From Octopus sinensis (taxonomy: Eukaryota), in the NCBI RefSeq assembly GCF_006345805.1, contig NC_043020.1:10230001-10294000 (forward strand): a stretch of 64,000 bases of DNA, in the 5' to 3' direction. The notes beneath the pieces are model-generated. The model was not told the DNA's origin and ran no database searches. It worked only from the letters and a program-made list of their open reading frames with translations. Below, in pieces: positions 50,717 through 62,792 of this stretch. A program made the translations under genes and the position numbers. Positions within the stretch are counted from its first letter, which is position 1. Each line of letters opens with the position of its first letter.

Positions 50717-51232
50717 TTAAATGATAAACTTTTGGAAAGTTTTACAGACATTTATAGTTCCAGTGATGGCTTGGAGCTGTAGTCTTCGAATTAGCTTTCT
50801 CCTTTCTGGCTTTGAGAAGCCTAATTTCTCAAGATTGGTATTTAGGCAGTGAGTTACATATACCAGGGTCCCAATAATTACAGGTATGAACCTGAACTTG
50901 TAATCTGGATAGAGTAACTGCAGATTTCTCAATAGTTCAGCATAGGTGTTCTCTTTTTCACTGATCTTCAGCTTTATGTTAACATCCACTGGGCAGCTAA
51001 TTTCCACAACTGTACACAGTTTCTCTTCTCTATCCCAAATCCTTATATCAGGTCTGTTGTGCTTACATTTTATTGAGGTCTTCACTGGGACATTCCACCA
51101 GTATTCCTTTTTATTATGAGTGGCTATGGCTTCTACCATATCGTGGGTTCTTATTTCTTTGTCCTCGGGATTATCCTTCCGACGAATTTCATTATAGAGT
51201 GTCCTAGCTACAACATCGTTTTCGAACGGCGG
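50717..51232 (-). mobile_element. 5'-truncated non-LTR retrotransposon, restriction-like endonuclease C-terminus (R4/NeSL-type)
   Basis: DVVARTLYNEI...WWNVPVKT...HNRPDIRIWD...VVEISCPVD...EKENTYAEL...IPVIIGTL: PD-(D/E)xK RLE pattern; open to TAA at 50717. Confidence 0.85.
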
Positions 51233-51446
51233 CTTCTTTGTGTGTAGGTATGTATGTATGTATGAATAAGATTTGTAGTAGAAATGGGGGAGGGGCAAAC
51301 CAAATGAAAGAAAAAGAAAAATATCGCAAAACCAGATTAAGTGAACACTGGAGAAACAAAGAAAGAAAGAAAGAAAGAAAGAAAGGAAGAGAAGAAAGAG
51401 AGAAAGAGAAAGAAAAAAGAAAGAAAGAAAGAAAGAAAGAAAAAAG

Positions 51447-51672
51447 TGGCGAGCTGGCAGAAACGTTAACAAGCCGGGCAAAAAGCTTAGCAGTATTTCG
51501 TCTGCTGCTACGTTCTGAGTTCAAATTCCGCCGAGGTCGACTTTGCTTTTCATCCTTTCGGAGTCGATAAATTAAGTACCAGTTACGCACTGGGGTTGAT
51601 GTAATCGGCTTAATCCCTTTGTCTGTCCTTGTTTTTCCCCCTCTGTGTTTAGCCCCTTGTGGGCAATAAAGA
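51447..51672 (+). mobile_element. SINE family C within (GAAA)n repeats
   Basis: Single copy; flanked by purine repeats at 51355-51445 and 51670-52000. Confidence 0.85.
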
Positions 51673-51827
51673 AAGAAAGAAAGAAAGAAAGAAGGAAGAA
51701 AGGAAATAAATAAATAAAGAAAGAAAGAAGGAAGGAAACAAATAAATAAAGAAAGAAAGAAAGAAAGAAGAAAGAAGGAAGGAAGTAGGGAAGGAAATAA
51801 AGAAAGAAAGAAAGAAAGAAAGAAGGA

Positions 51828-51863
<36 letters not shown>

Positions 51864-52083
51864 AGGCAGGAAGGAAGGAAAGAAGGAAGGTAGGAAGGAA
51901 GGAAGGAAGAAGAAAGAAAGAAAGAAAGAAAGAAAGGAAGAAAGAAAGAAAGAAAGAAAGAAGGGAAAAGAAGAGAAGGGAAAAGAGAAGAAAAAAGACT
52001 GAAAAAGTTGTTAGAAGAGTTTTGGGAAGAAGTGAAAAAAAAGAGAAATTTTAAGAAAGGAAGAAGAAACTGCCAAAACTTAC

Positions 52084-52433
52084 CAAAACTGATTTCTGAA
52101 CTTGATTCTCTGTTCTGTTGCTGCTGCTGCTGTTGTTGTTGTTGTCACTTGACGCTTTGGCTTTTGTTGATGTCGTAGCAAGACAGCCTTAGATATGTTG
52201 TTGATATTGTTCATACATTCCGTTGCCCTCTATAATCGTGTATGTGTGTGTTTGTTGTGTGTGTTTGTGTACATGTATGATGTGTCTATGGCAGATGACA
52301 GCTTTAAGGGCGGATGACGGGAGTGAGTGCAGTTGAGTGAGACTCGAGTGAGTGTAGATGCAACAAGTGCAGTGTTCCAAGTGACCACAATGTAAGCCAC
52401 AACGTTATCCTGTGTTATCTCTTGCACTTTGGT
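52084..52433 (-). other. Candidate upstream (5'UTR or first coding) exon of the SLC17 gene
   Basis: Strong acceptor ttattttttcatcttcag| at 52434 and consensus donor TG|gtaagt at 52083, same strand, 7.4 kb upstream. No ATG in the frame compatible with the 44725 exon. Confidence 0.45.
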
Positions 52434-53071
52434 CTGAAGATGAAAAAATAAGTGTGTCAGTTAAGATTTGAACATAGAACTGAGATAACATATGAAGGCA
52501 CAAATACACATAGAATACATACATAAACACACACACACATATATATATATATTATAGAGAGAGAGAGAGGTAGATGAGTGTATTTTTCTCTTGTTAACAA
52601 TTAACACAGAAAAAATAGATAAATAGTTACCAGGGTAGCAAATTATTATTTTTCTAAAAATCCCCTAGTAAACACAGTTATAGAGCATGCATACCGATGT
52701 AGACATTGGAAAAAACACACCTTTAGTTCATATAAGTAATCTCTATCATTATATGTAATTTAAACATCAATTTTATTTTTATATTTAACATTCACTAAAA
52801 AAATATCCCTCCTCTTTCTATAGGCTATTTCTGACGTTATATCATATAACGTTTTTTCAAACAATATTAATAGCGTTCAGTAAATCACTACACATATCCA
52901 TAATTTTCTGTTAAAATGTCTTATTGACGAGTTTCATTTTTTCACTTCCCTGAAGAGAAGATTACATTGTTTTACACCATTTTATTCTTTTGAATAATAT
53001 CAGTGAAATCTTCAAAACATGTGTTGGAAGTAAAAGTATTTGAATTATACCTGCGTTAAACTCCATTTATT

Positions 53072-53117
<46 letters not shown>

Positions 53118-53328
53118 TAGTTTTTTTCTTGGGGCTGGCCGAGTTGGAGCAAATATCAGAATTGAACAGCCGAAATTTGCTATGATGATTCGGTGTCTGA
53201 CTGAAGATTGAAGGCTTCGAATGATTTGTCTGTGTTCCGTGTTTGTCCCTTCATGTATTTCACGTTCTTTATATATAAAACATTTATTCTTATATTATGC
53301 GGCGTTACGTGCACCCCCCCCGTTTGTT

Positions 53329-53398
<70 letters not shown>

Positions 53399-53403
53399 AA
53401 GTG

Positions 53404-53579
53404 ATAAGAAAATGGAGGGGATCAATAGGTGGTTCATCAACTTTTAGACATTATATTATGTCAACTTATTTATTTATTTACTAAAATGACATAGTAAATA
53501 AATAAATAAATAAATAAGTTGACATAATATAATGTCTAAAAGTTGATGAACCACCTATTGATCCCCTCCATTCTCTTAT
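53404..53579. repeat. Palindrome (~80-bp arms, ~8-nt loop)
   Basis: ataagaaaatggagggg...ttatttacta versus tagtaaataa...cccctccattctcttat. Confidence 0.9.
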
Positions 53580-53884
53580 TGCTCTATAAATTAATGGTAA
53601 AATATCTCTTTACCTTCACCCATTTAGTACACTAGGTAATGTAATTGCAATGCAATAGAAAACACTTGTGTATTAATAATTGGGTATTCTACCAGCAGTA
53701 TATTGGATAGATATTATCCCTTAGTTGGTTGGTTTCACAACCTCTAACTTTCTCTGAACATATATATATATGAACATGTATCTATAAGAGTGCATGCATG
53801 AATGTACATATATAATGAAGGAAATGAATCCAGGCAAATACTTTAGAAGCACTCTTTAGAGATCAAACCTCCCTAACTAAATTG

Positions 53885-54060
53885 TCCATATATAAACACA
53901 CATAAAAGGCATCACTTCACAAGAGTTCCAGCACTGCTTCAAACAGTGGAAAACGTGTCTGGACCGATGCATTTCTTCAAATGCAGAATACTTTGAATGT
54001 GATAAAAGTGTAAACATTTAAAACTAAGTGAATAAAATAATATTGTAAAATTCCAGTCCA
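53885..54060 (+). mobile_element. mariner transposase C-terminal fragment
   Basis: HIKGITSQEFQHCFKQWKTCLDRCISSNAEYFECDKSVNI*. Confidence 0.75.
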
Positions 54061-54164
54061 ATTTGTAAATCCAAAGTTTAATCACGAAATGAATTCAGTA
54101 TAAATTCAGTACATAGTCACAGATTATAACAGAAAAACACAAAAGAATGGAGATTTATTCATGA

Positions 54165-54548
54165 CTAGCAGTATCGCCCGGCGTTGCTCAGGTTTGTAAG
54201 GGAAATAACTATAAAGCATTTTTAGAGAGTTATAGCCAAAAAATAGCAAAAAAATGGAAAAAAAATGATGGTAAATTTTTTTTGAGAGTTAAAAAAGGTG
54301 GAGTTGCACCCCCTAGACGGTCTGTGGTTTGGGTTTCTGATTCTCGACCCCATGTCGAATTTATCGATTTTTTTCAGAACTGGGGGAACTTTTCAAAATT
54401 TTCGTTGCGTTAGTTTTGAATTATGACATTGGGCTATGTGTGGGTCAAGTTTCATCAGAATCGGTTGAAAGCCGTGGTCAGAGTGAGGGTATGAGAAAAC
54501 AGACACACAGAAAACGCACAGACAAACTGCCGTTTATATAGAGAGAGA
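54165..54548 (-). mobile_element. Non-autonomous Helitron (same family as 3969-4337)
   Basis: Minus strand A|TC...CCTGAGCAACGCCGGGCGATACTGCTAG|T. Confidence 0.85.
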
Positions 54549-54648
54549 TTTAGTTAGCTACATACGTTTCAAATAGAATGGCATGCCTTAAAATGTTGCA
54601 GTGCCATCTATTAAGCATATTTAATTGATCTATTAAGCATATTTAATA

Positions 54649-55046
54649 GGCGCAGGAGTGGCTGTGTGGTAAGTAGCTTGCTAAACAACCACATGGTTCC
54701 AGGTTCAGTCCCACTGCGTGGCATCTTGGGCAAGTGTGTTCTGCTATAGCCTCGGACTGACCAATGCCTTGTGAGTGGATTTGGTAGACGGAAACTGAAA
54801 GAAGCCCGTCGTACATATGTATATATATGTATATGTATGTTTGTGTGTCTCTGTTTGTCCCCCCCTAGCATTGCTTGACAACCGATGCTGGTATGTTTAC
54901 ATCTCCGTCACTTAGCGGTTCGGCAAAAAGAGACCGATAGAATAAGTACTGGGCTTACAAAGAATAAGTCCCGGGGTCGATTTGCTCGACTATAGGCGGT
55001 GCTCCAGCATGGCCGCAGTCAAATGACTGAAACAAGTAAAAGGAAA
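54649..55046 (+). mobile_element. SINE family A
   Basis: Full-length copy. Confidence 0.85.
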
Positions 55047-55799
55047 AAGAAAAAAAAGATCACATACTCGGCTGATTAAAATGCTATAGGGAGAAAAAAG
55101 GAATTCTGAGTTCAAATTCCACTGAGGCTGGCTTTCCTTCTCATCCTTCAAGGGTCAATAAAATAAGTACCAGTTGAACTCCGCAACTGATTTATTTACT
55201 CCCTTGAAATTGCTGGCCTTGTGCTAAAACTTGAAATCATTATGACTTGACATAAAAACAAACACACACACACCACACACACACATATATATGTATCTCA
55301 ATATATAAAACAGAGTTTGTGTGTGTGTGCATATGTTTCTTATGGATTCGAAAACTGAGTTGCCAATTTTGGTGTATGAGATATCAAAAGATTCATTAAA
55401 CTTTCAGCTACCAAAGACAATATATTCGGTAAAATTACAGATTAACACCCGCACGATTTTCACTAAGAAAAAAAAAATCGGATTTTTGGCGTGGAATCAA
55501 GTACCCTGACCTCCTAATATGCTGGAAATCCCATTTTTTTGTTCGGAATTGGTCCGGAGGGGGGGGGGTGAGTTAGCCCCCCCCCCCCTCCCCGGAATTT
55601 TCACACAAAAAAGAACTCTGATTTTTTTTTTAGTGAAAATCGTGCGGGTGTTAATCTGTAATTTTACCATATATTCTTTGCACAACTCTTTTTTATTAGA
55701 ACACAACGTGTAGCTAGTCTGGAAATCGAAACCACGACTTCACAATCGTGAGTGCAGCACGCCTAACCACCAAGCCACGCGCCTTCACTAACACCAAAG

Positions 55800-56183
55800 G
55801 TGGAAGCACTCCGTCGGTTACGACGATGAGGGTTCCGGTTGATCCGATCAACGGAACAGCCTGCTCGTGAAATTAACGTGGAAGTGGCTGAGCAATCCAC
55901 AGACACGTGTACCCTTGACGTAGTTCTCGGGGATATTCAGTGTGACACAGAGTGTGACAAGGCCGGCCCTTGAAATACAGGTACAACAGAAACAGGAAGT
56001 AAGAGTGAGAGAAAGTTGTGGTGAAAGAGTACAGCAGGGATCACCACCATCCCCTGCCGGAGCCTCGTGGAACTTTTAGGTGTTTTCGCTCAATAAACAC
56101 TCACAACGCCCGATCTGGGAATCGAAACCGCGATCGTATGACCGCGAGTCCGCTGCCCTAACCACTGGGCCATTGCGCCTTCA
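55800..56183 (-). mobile_element. SINE family B
   Basis: Full-length copy; a chimeric variant follows at ~56426-56750. Confidence 0.88.
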
Positions 56184-56830
56184 CTCACACCAAAGGTACT
56201 GCTTTTATAAACGTCACCACAAGTGATGTGTTTCCGCCATCGATTAAAGACAAACGGAGAACAAAAAGAATTATTATTTCAAATTTTGAGGTAACGATGA
56301 CCACACTGTTCAACTGGTAACTTATTTATTTGAATGCGAAGGATTTGAACACAGAACATAAAAGAATTTGAACTCAGAAGATGAAGAATCGGAAGAAATG
56401 CCGGAAGCATTTTACATACATATAGGAGCACTCCGTCAGTTACGACGACAAGGGTCCCCGCTGATATGATCAACGGAACAGCCTGCTCGTGAAATTAACG
56501 TGCAAGTGGCTGAGCAATCCACAGACACGTGTACCCCTAACGTAGTTCTCGGGGATATTCAGTGTGACACAGAGTGTGACAAGGCCGGCCCTTTGAAATA
56601 CAGGTACAACTCATTTTTGCCAGCTGAGTGGACTGGAGCAATGTGAAATAAAGTGTCTTGCTCAAGGACACAACGCGTCGCCGGGAATCGAACTCACGAC
56701 CTTACAATCGTGAGCCGAATTCTCTAACCACTGAGCCACGCGCCTTCACTGGAAGCATTTTATCCCATGTGTTTAACGACTTTACCAATTCGCACACTTA
56801 CTTCAAAAAAAATAATGAAATCTATCAGTC

Positions 56831-56902
56831 AGCAGAGTGGCACAGTGGAAGCGTGCTGGGCCCATAACCCAGAGGTCCGTAGATCGAAACTACGCTCTGC
56901 TA
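56831..56902 (+). tRNA. Initiator tRNA-Met (anticodon CAT)
   Basis: AGCAGAG/CTCTGCT acceptor stem with A1:U72, GGG/CCC anticodon stem, CAT anticodon, T-loop ATCGAAA (eukaryotic initiator signature), perfect CGTAG/CTACG T-stem. One D-stem mismatch. Confidence 0.93.
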
Positions 56903-56909
56903 AGTAGAC

Positions 56910-56914
56910 TTTTT
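56910..56914 (+). terminator. Pol III terminator (T5)
   Basis: TTTTT begins 8 nt after the tRNA 3' end. Confidence 0.65.
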
Positions 56915-57189
56915 ATAGGCACAAGAGCAGCTGTGTGATAAGAAAGGATTTGACAAGACAGAGTTTGCTTTCAACTTGCTTGGGGGCTCCGATGAGGAGG
57001 ATTGACTTATTGATTTGTATTTTTGTAAAGGAAAAATTTGTATTCGAGGGCTTGTTGGTCGGTAGCCGCCGACACGACTCCCATCTTTATCATTATGTTT
57101 TCATTTCATCTCATTTTGTCTACGTCCAGCCCACAAGCTTCTTACCCTGCGTAATGCCCTTGTGGCAAATTATACGAAATAAAGCAGCT

Positions 57190-57545
57190 TGCTTACTAAC
57201 CACCTGGTTCCGGGTTCAGTCCCACTGCGTGGCACCTTGGGGAACTGTCTTCTGCTATAGCCTCGGGACGACCAGAGCTTTGTGAGTGGATTAGATAGAT
57301 GGAAACTGAAAGACACCCGTTGTATATATATATATGTGTATATGTTTGTGTGTCTGTGTTTGTCCCCCAACATCGCTTGACAACCGATGCTGGTGTGTTT
57401 ACGTCCCCGTAACTTCGCTGTTCGGAAAAAGTGACCGTTAGGATAAGTACTAGGCTTACAAAGAATAAGTCCTGGGATCGATTTGCTTGACTCAAGGCGG
57501 TGCTCCAGCATGGCTACAGTCAAATGACTGAAACAAATATAAGAA
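57190..57545 (+). mobile_element. SINE family A, 5'-truncated
   Basis: Matches the family body and tail. Confidence 0.8.
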
Positions 57546-57564
57546 TTAAAGAATATCATACAAC

Positions 57565-57950
57565 AGAGTTGCTGAAGCATGGAACAAACTGCCGGCATCA
57601 GTTGTTAGTTGTCGGAGCACTGCATCCTTCAAAACTTCCATGCTTCCTGAGATTCGCCAACACTACACCTGATTTTCTCCCCTCCATACACACGCTGAGG
57701 TATGGAACAAACTGCTGGCATCAGTTGTTAGTTGTCGGAGTACTGCATCCTTCAAAACTTCTATGCTTTCTGAGATTCGCCAACACTACACTTGATTTTC
57801 TCCCCTCCATACGCACACAAGCATGTATCTGACTCATACATTGTTCGCTTTCCAGACATTTCTACATTACTGCATGTACTTTATACGCACTTTCTGACAA
57901 GTTATGGTGCACCTGAGCACACTGTATACAATAATTTCATTATTACTATT
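57565..57950 (+). mobile_element. CR1-like LINE 3' end with ~140-bp internal duplication
   Basis: Same family as 19385-20074; atggaacaaactgc(c/t)ggcatcagttgttag occurs twice. Confidence 0.8.
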
Positions 57951-58296
57951 TTTACTTTTAAAAACTGAAAGAAAGTCACCGCCGAAACTCTTAAGCTAAA
58001 TTTGATCGTGTAAACCAAAAATGCTGAAAGAAATACATACGAAACCATTAAAAAAATATGCGTAGGCAAACGAAAACTTCTTGGAAAGTATAGAATTGAA
58101 GGAATTAGGAGGGAATTGTATGAAAATCCATGAGAAAATATGTGAAAATATTTTTAAAAGCAAATTTCTTAATTCAAAAGGGAGGCAAATATGAACAAAA
58201 AATCACAAAATTTTACAGAGTTTTTTCCCTTTGACTATTAATTTTTGTTATCAAAATTCATTGATGACTATCGAAATATTTTATTAGTCACGGGCA

Positions 58297-58878
58297 ATGT
58301 TAATACTGAAAGATAATAATTATTATTGTTATTTAATTATTATTGTCATTTGATGTTAATACTGAGAGATAATAATTATTACTATCATTTAATTATTATT
58401 TAATTATTATTGTCATTTAAAGTTGATACTGAGAGATAATAATTATTACTATCATTTAATTATTATTTAATTATTATTGTCATTTAATGTTAATACTGAG
58501 AGATAATAATTATTATTGTCATTTAATTATTATTTAATTATTATTGTCATTTGATGTTAATACTGAGAGATAATAATTATTACTATCATTTAATTATTAT
58601 TGTCATTTAATTATTATTTAATTATTATTGTCATTTAAAGTTGATACTGAGAGATAATAATTATTATTGTCATTTAATTATTATTTAATTATTATTGTCA
58701 TTTAATGTTAATACTGAAAGATAATAATTATTACTATCATTTAATTATTATTTAATTATTATTGTCATTTAATGTTAATACTGAGAGATAATAATTATCA
58801 TTGTCATTTAATTATTATTTAATTATTATTGTCATTTAATGTTAATACTGAGAGATAATAATTATTATTGTCATTTAA
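58297..58878. repeat. AT-rich ~67-bp minisatellite (~9 units)
   Basis: gtt(a/g)atactgagagataataattatta...ttgtcattt repeated. Confidence 0.9.
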
Positions 58879-59192
58879 ACGTGTTTTCTCTCTTAGAGCA
58901 AACTATACTGCGGCAAAACTTTCATATTGGCTTTTGATTCAGAATGTACGCGTATCTGAGCACTCCACAGACACGCGTAACCTTTTTAGAAATACAGGAA
59001 ATACTCGTTTTTGCTAGCTGAGTGGACTGGAGCAACGTGAAATAAAATGTCTTGCTCAATGTCTTGCGATCATGAGCTGAATACCATAAGCCACGCGTCA
59101 TCAAACATAGATCACAGTTTATTCGCGCGCACGCGTTTCTTGAGGGGAAACTTCGGAGGAAGCCAGCTACAGACGGCTCGATTGGTCTTTCG

Positions 59193-59267
<75 letters not shown>

Positions 59268-59571
59268 TATAATAATATATATTATATTGAATTGATTTTA
59301 CTGCTATCATTTCTTAAATATACCCACGAAACAAATGTAATCATTTTACCAAATATATACGATGGGAAAGGGGTTCAAATGCAAATACCGATAGGGCACA
59401 GAACGTGTGTCAATAGCCAGCTGGAGGAGATGTTCTCCTGGGGCTACAAGCTACAGTAACATCCACCCTTAGTGGTTAGCCACATTTAAGTGGCAAATAT
59501 ACTTCACATTGTCGTGCAGCTACTGTTTACACCTCGTTCAGAGATTTATCATTGCTTATATATATATATAT

Positions 59572-59964
59572 GTGGAGGTGCAATGGCCCAGTGGTTAGGG
59601 CAGCAGACTCACGGTCATAGGATCGCGGTTTCGATTACCAGACCGGGCGTTGTGAGTGTTTATTGAGCGAAAACACCTAAAAGCTCCATGAGGCTCCGGC
59701 AGGGGATGGTGGTGATCCCTGCTGTACTCTTTCACCACAACTTTCTCTCACTCTTACTTCCTGTTTCTGTTGTACCTGTATTTCAAGGGGTCGGCCTTGT
59801 CACTCTATGTGTCACGCTGAATATCCCCGAGAACTACGTTAAGGGTACACGTGTCTGTGGAGTGCTCAGCCACTTACACATTAATTTCACGAGCAGGCTG
59901 TTCCGTTGATTCGGATCAACCGGAACCCTCGTCGTCGGAACCGACGGAGTGCTTCCATTCCATT

Positions 59965-59965
<1 letters not shown>
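59572..59965 (+). mobile_element. SINE family B
   Basis: Full-length copy between (TA)n tracts. Confidence 0.88.
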
Positions 59966-60039
<74 letters not shown>

Positions 60040-60248
60040 CAAGAAAGTTATTTTATTCGGTACGAATAGAACTATAGAAAAGGGAAGTTAAAAATGCACT
60101 GGATTTCCTTTAGATTTGATATTTAAAATATTTTTAAAGACTTAACTGGTTTTACATAAGTCTCGTGTTTTTATAGAGAGCATGGCTCAAATTAATATCG
60201 TTTTGGAAACGATTTTAAACAGTTTTGTAAATTCCCCGCTACATCCTG

Positions 60249-60668
60249 GGATCTTCTCGGTTTGAACGGCAGTTTTTTCCAGCGGTGTCGTATGAAATTG
60301 TCACCCATAATTATGACCCTAGTATCGATCTATTGCATTTCAATCTGTTTTAGGGTTAGGATTAGGGGTGGGGGGAAGGGTATCTTTTTTTTCTTCACAA
60401 ATGTAAATAAACCCAATCTGTTTCTTAAACGAGGGACATATTCATACGGCACGGAATGGTTTTTTTACCTCAATAGACGTCAGTGATTGGTTGAATTGCA
60501 GAGATTGAAGAAAAAAAAACAACAAATATCTTACAAACTGTAGAATTTTCTCAATAACGCCAAGAAAAAAAGATGTTTTATAAACACATTGTAGCAGTAT
60601 ACGAAGTTTAAAAGTGTTTAGTTACCTAGGAATTATGTTAAAAACTGCCGTTCAAACCGAAAAGATCC
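60249..60668. mobile_element. GGATC-ended MITE (420 bp)
   Basis: TIR ggatcttctcggtttgaacggcagtttt / aaaactgccgttcaaaccgaaaagatcc (28 bp, 1 mismatch). Confidence 0.85.
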
Positions 60669-61131
60669 GAGAAATCCATACCTTAAATGAATGGATCGAA
60701 TGTAGACTTTGATTGGCTGAAAGAGCACTGATCCTATTCAGATCTAAGATCCCAGACTCTCTACTTAACTCCAGGCCAGCAATTTTCCGTGATTGCATGC
60801 ATATGCATAAATATATTTTGAAGAAATGGAAAATTCAGCCTATTCCTTCCTGACTGACCTGTTGATATCTTTCTCGCCTTATCATTTAAGGTCTAAGGGG
60901 GATAGCAATTTTATCTATTTACTTTTTATATTTTACATTTTAGTTTCTGTGTTTCGTTTTCCGTTGTTTACTGTCCGTATTTTCTATATGCTACCTTCTC
61001 AGTTTTTTTCGCGTTTCTTCTATTATTCAGTTTCTTTAGTTTGTGGTTTGTGCTTGAAGAATACGTTCGAGGTTCCTCAACATATGAAACTATAAGTAGC
61101 GCTTTAATACAAGTATTGTGCCCTTTAAATA

Positions 61132-61201
<70 letters not shown>

Positions 61202-61207
61202 ATATAT

Positions 61208-61734
61208 GAGATCTCACGGAGAGTAAGGGCCGGATGGAAGTCGTTCAATGGCATAAGGGATGTGCTCAAGGGAAGGTTGGACAGGACCACCCGTGCCAAC
61301 CTCATTAACAGTGCAGTTCTGCCTGCAATGTTATATGGTAGTGAAACATGGGCTACCTAAAAGAGAGAAGAGCAAAGACTGGTAACGGCTCGAAGAGCCA
61401 TGGAAAGGCCAATGCTTGGAATAAGTAGCGAGATCATCAGAGAGAAGTCTGGCGTGAGCGATGTCATCGCAGAATATACACGCAGCAAGTTTAGATGGGC
61501 TGGACACGTCGCCCGGCTCACCGATAGTCGGTGGACGCACGCAGTTGTCGAGTGGTACCCGCGCGAGCGGAAAAGACCACCCGGAAGACCTCCACGACGG
61601 TGGAGTTACGATTTCAGGAGGACGATTGGGATCACGTGGATGAGAAAGGCGCGATCCAGAGAGGAGTGGTCAGCGTGCCGTGACCAGCGGTGTCAAATGG
61701 ACGCCTGACGGACTGGTCGGTCAAGGTGATCAAG

Positions 61735-61739
<5 letters not shown>
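61208..61739 (+). mobile_element. RTE-clade LINE 3' fragment
   Basis: EISRRVRAGWKSF...VLPAMLYGSETW...KFRWAGHVAR...WYPRERKRPPGRPPRRW; (TCAAGGTGA)2 tail; one internal stop. Confidence 0.9.
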
Positions 61740-61771
<32 letters not shown>

Positions 61772-61846
61772 AAATATTAGGGAATAAATCAAAACTTACA
61801 GGGAAAAATCAGATTTAGGATTGAATCCAATTTTATAGTAAAATAT

Positions 61847-62145
61847 TATATTATATTAAATTAGAGATAAAACCACTATTAGGCAAATCAAACAATGAAA
61901 AACTTAAGCCAATACATAAGATTAATTAATTTATATTATTTTAAATATATATCAAAAGTATTAAAAGTTTAATAAAAGATAATGAGATAATAAAAGATAA
62001 TAATACTCATTATCTTTTATTAAACTTTTAATACTTTTGATATATATTTAAAATAATATAAATTAATTAATTTTATGTATTGGCTTAAGTTTTTCATTGT
62101 TTGATTTGCCTTATAGTGGTTTTATCTCTAATTTAATATAATATA
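61847..62145. repeat. Long palindrome (~140-bp arms, ~19-nt loop)
   Basis: 61847-61986 is the near-perfect reverse complement of 62006-62145. Confidence 0.9.
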
Positions 62146-62405
62146 TATATATATATGTATCGCGTGGTACCTGTTTACAGTTAAGTAGACTGATTACATC
62201 CGTGAACTGTATCATCTAATAACATAACATTTTCTGCTGTGGCAACCCTAAAGTTAATATTTTCCGGGACGAGGAAAGATTTTAATTAAAGAACACTGAT
62301 TTTATAATTTTTTTATGCGTTATTTCACTCATTCCTTAATTTTTTTCTTCTTTTGATATCGCATATCATTGTGTGTGTGCGTGCAATGCTGGCGTAATCC
62401 CAGTT

Positions 62406-62792
62406 GTGGAAGCACTCCGTCGCTTACGACGACGAGGGTTCCGGTTGATCCGATCAACAGAACAGCCTGCTCGTGAAATTAACGTGTAAGTGGCTGAGCA
62501 CTCCACAGACACAAGCACCCTTAACGTAGTTCTCGGGGATATTCAGCGTGACACAGATAGTGACAAGGTCGGCCCTTTGAAATACAGGTACAACAGAAAT
62601 AGGAAGTAAGAGTGAGAGAAAGTTGTGGTGAAAGAGTACAGCAGGGATCACCAGCATCCCCTGCCGGAGCCTCGTGGAGCTTTTTAGGTGTTTTCGCTCA
62701 ATAAACACTCACAACGCCCGGTCTGGGAATCGAAACCGCGATCCTACGACCGCGAGTCCGCTGCCCTAACCACTGGGCCATTGCGCCTCCAC
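62406..62792 (-). mobile_element. SINE family B
   Basis: Full-length copy. Confidence 0.88.

Noticed and set aside
55720-55790. tRNA-like sequences here and at the heads of family B SINEs
   Set aside because: No complete acceptor stem; they continue into SINE bodies.
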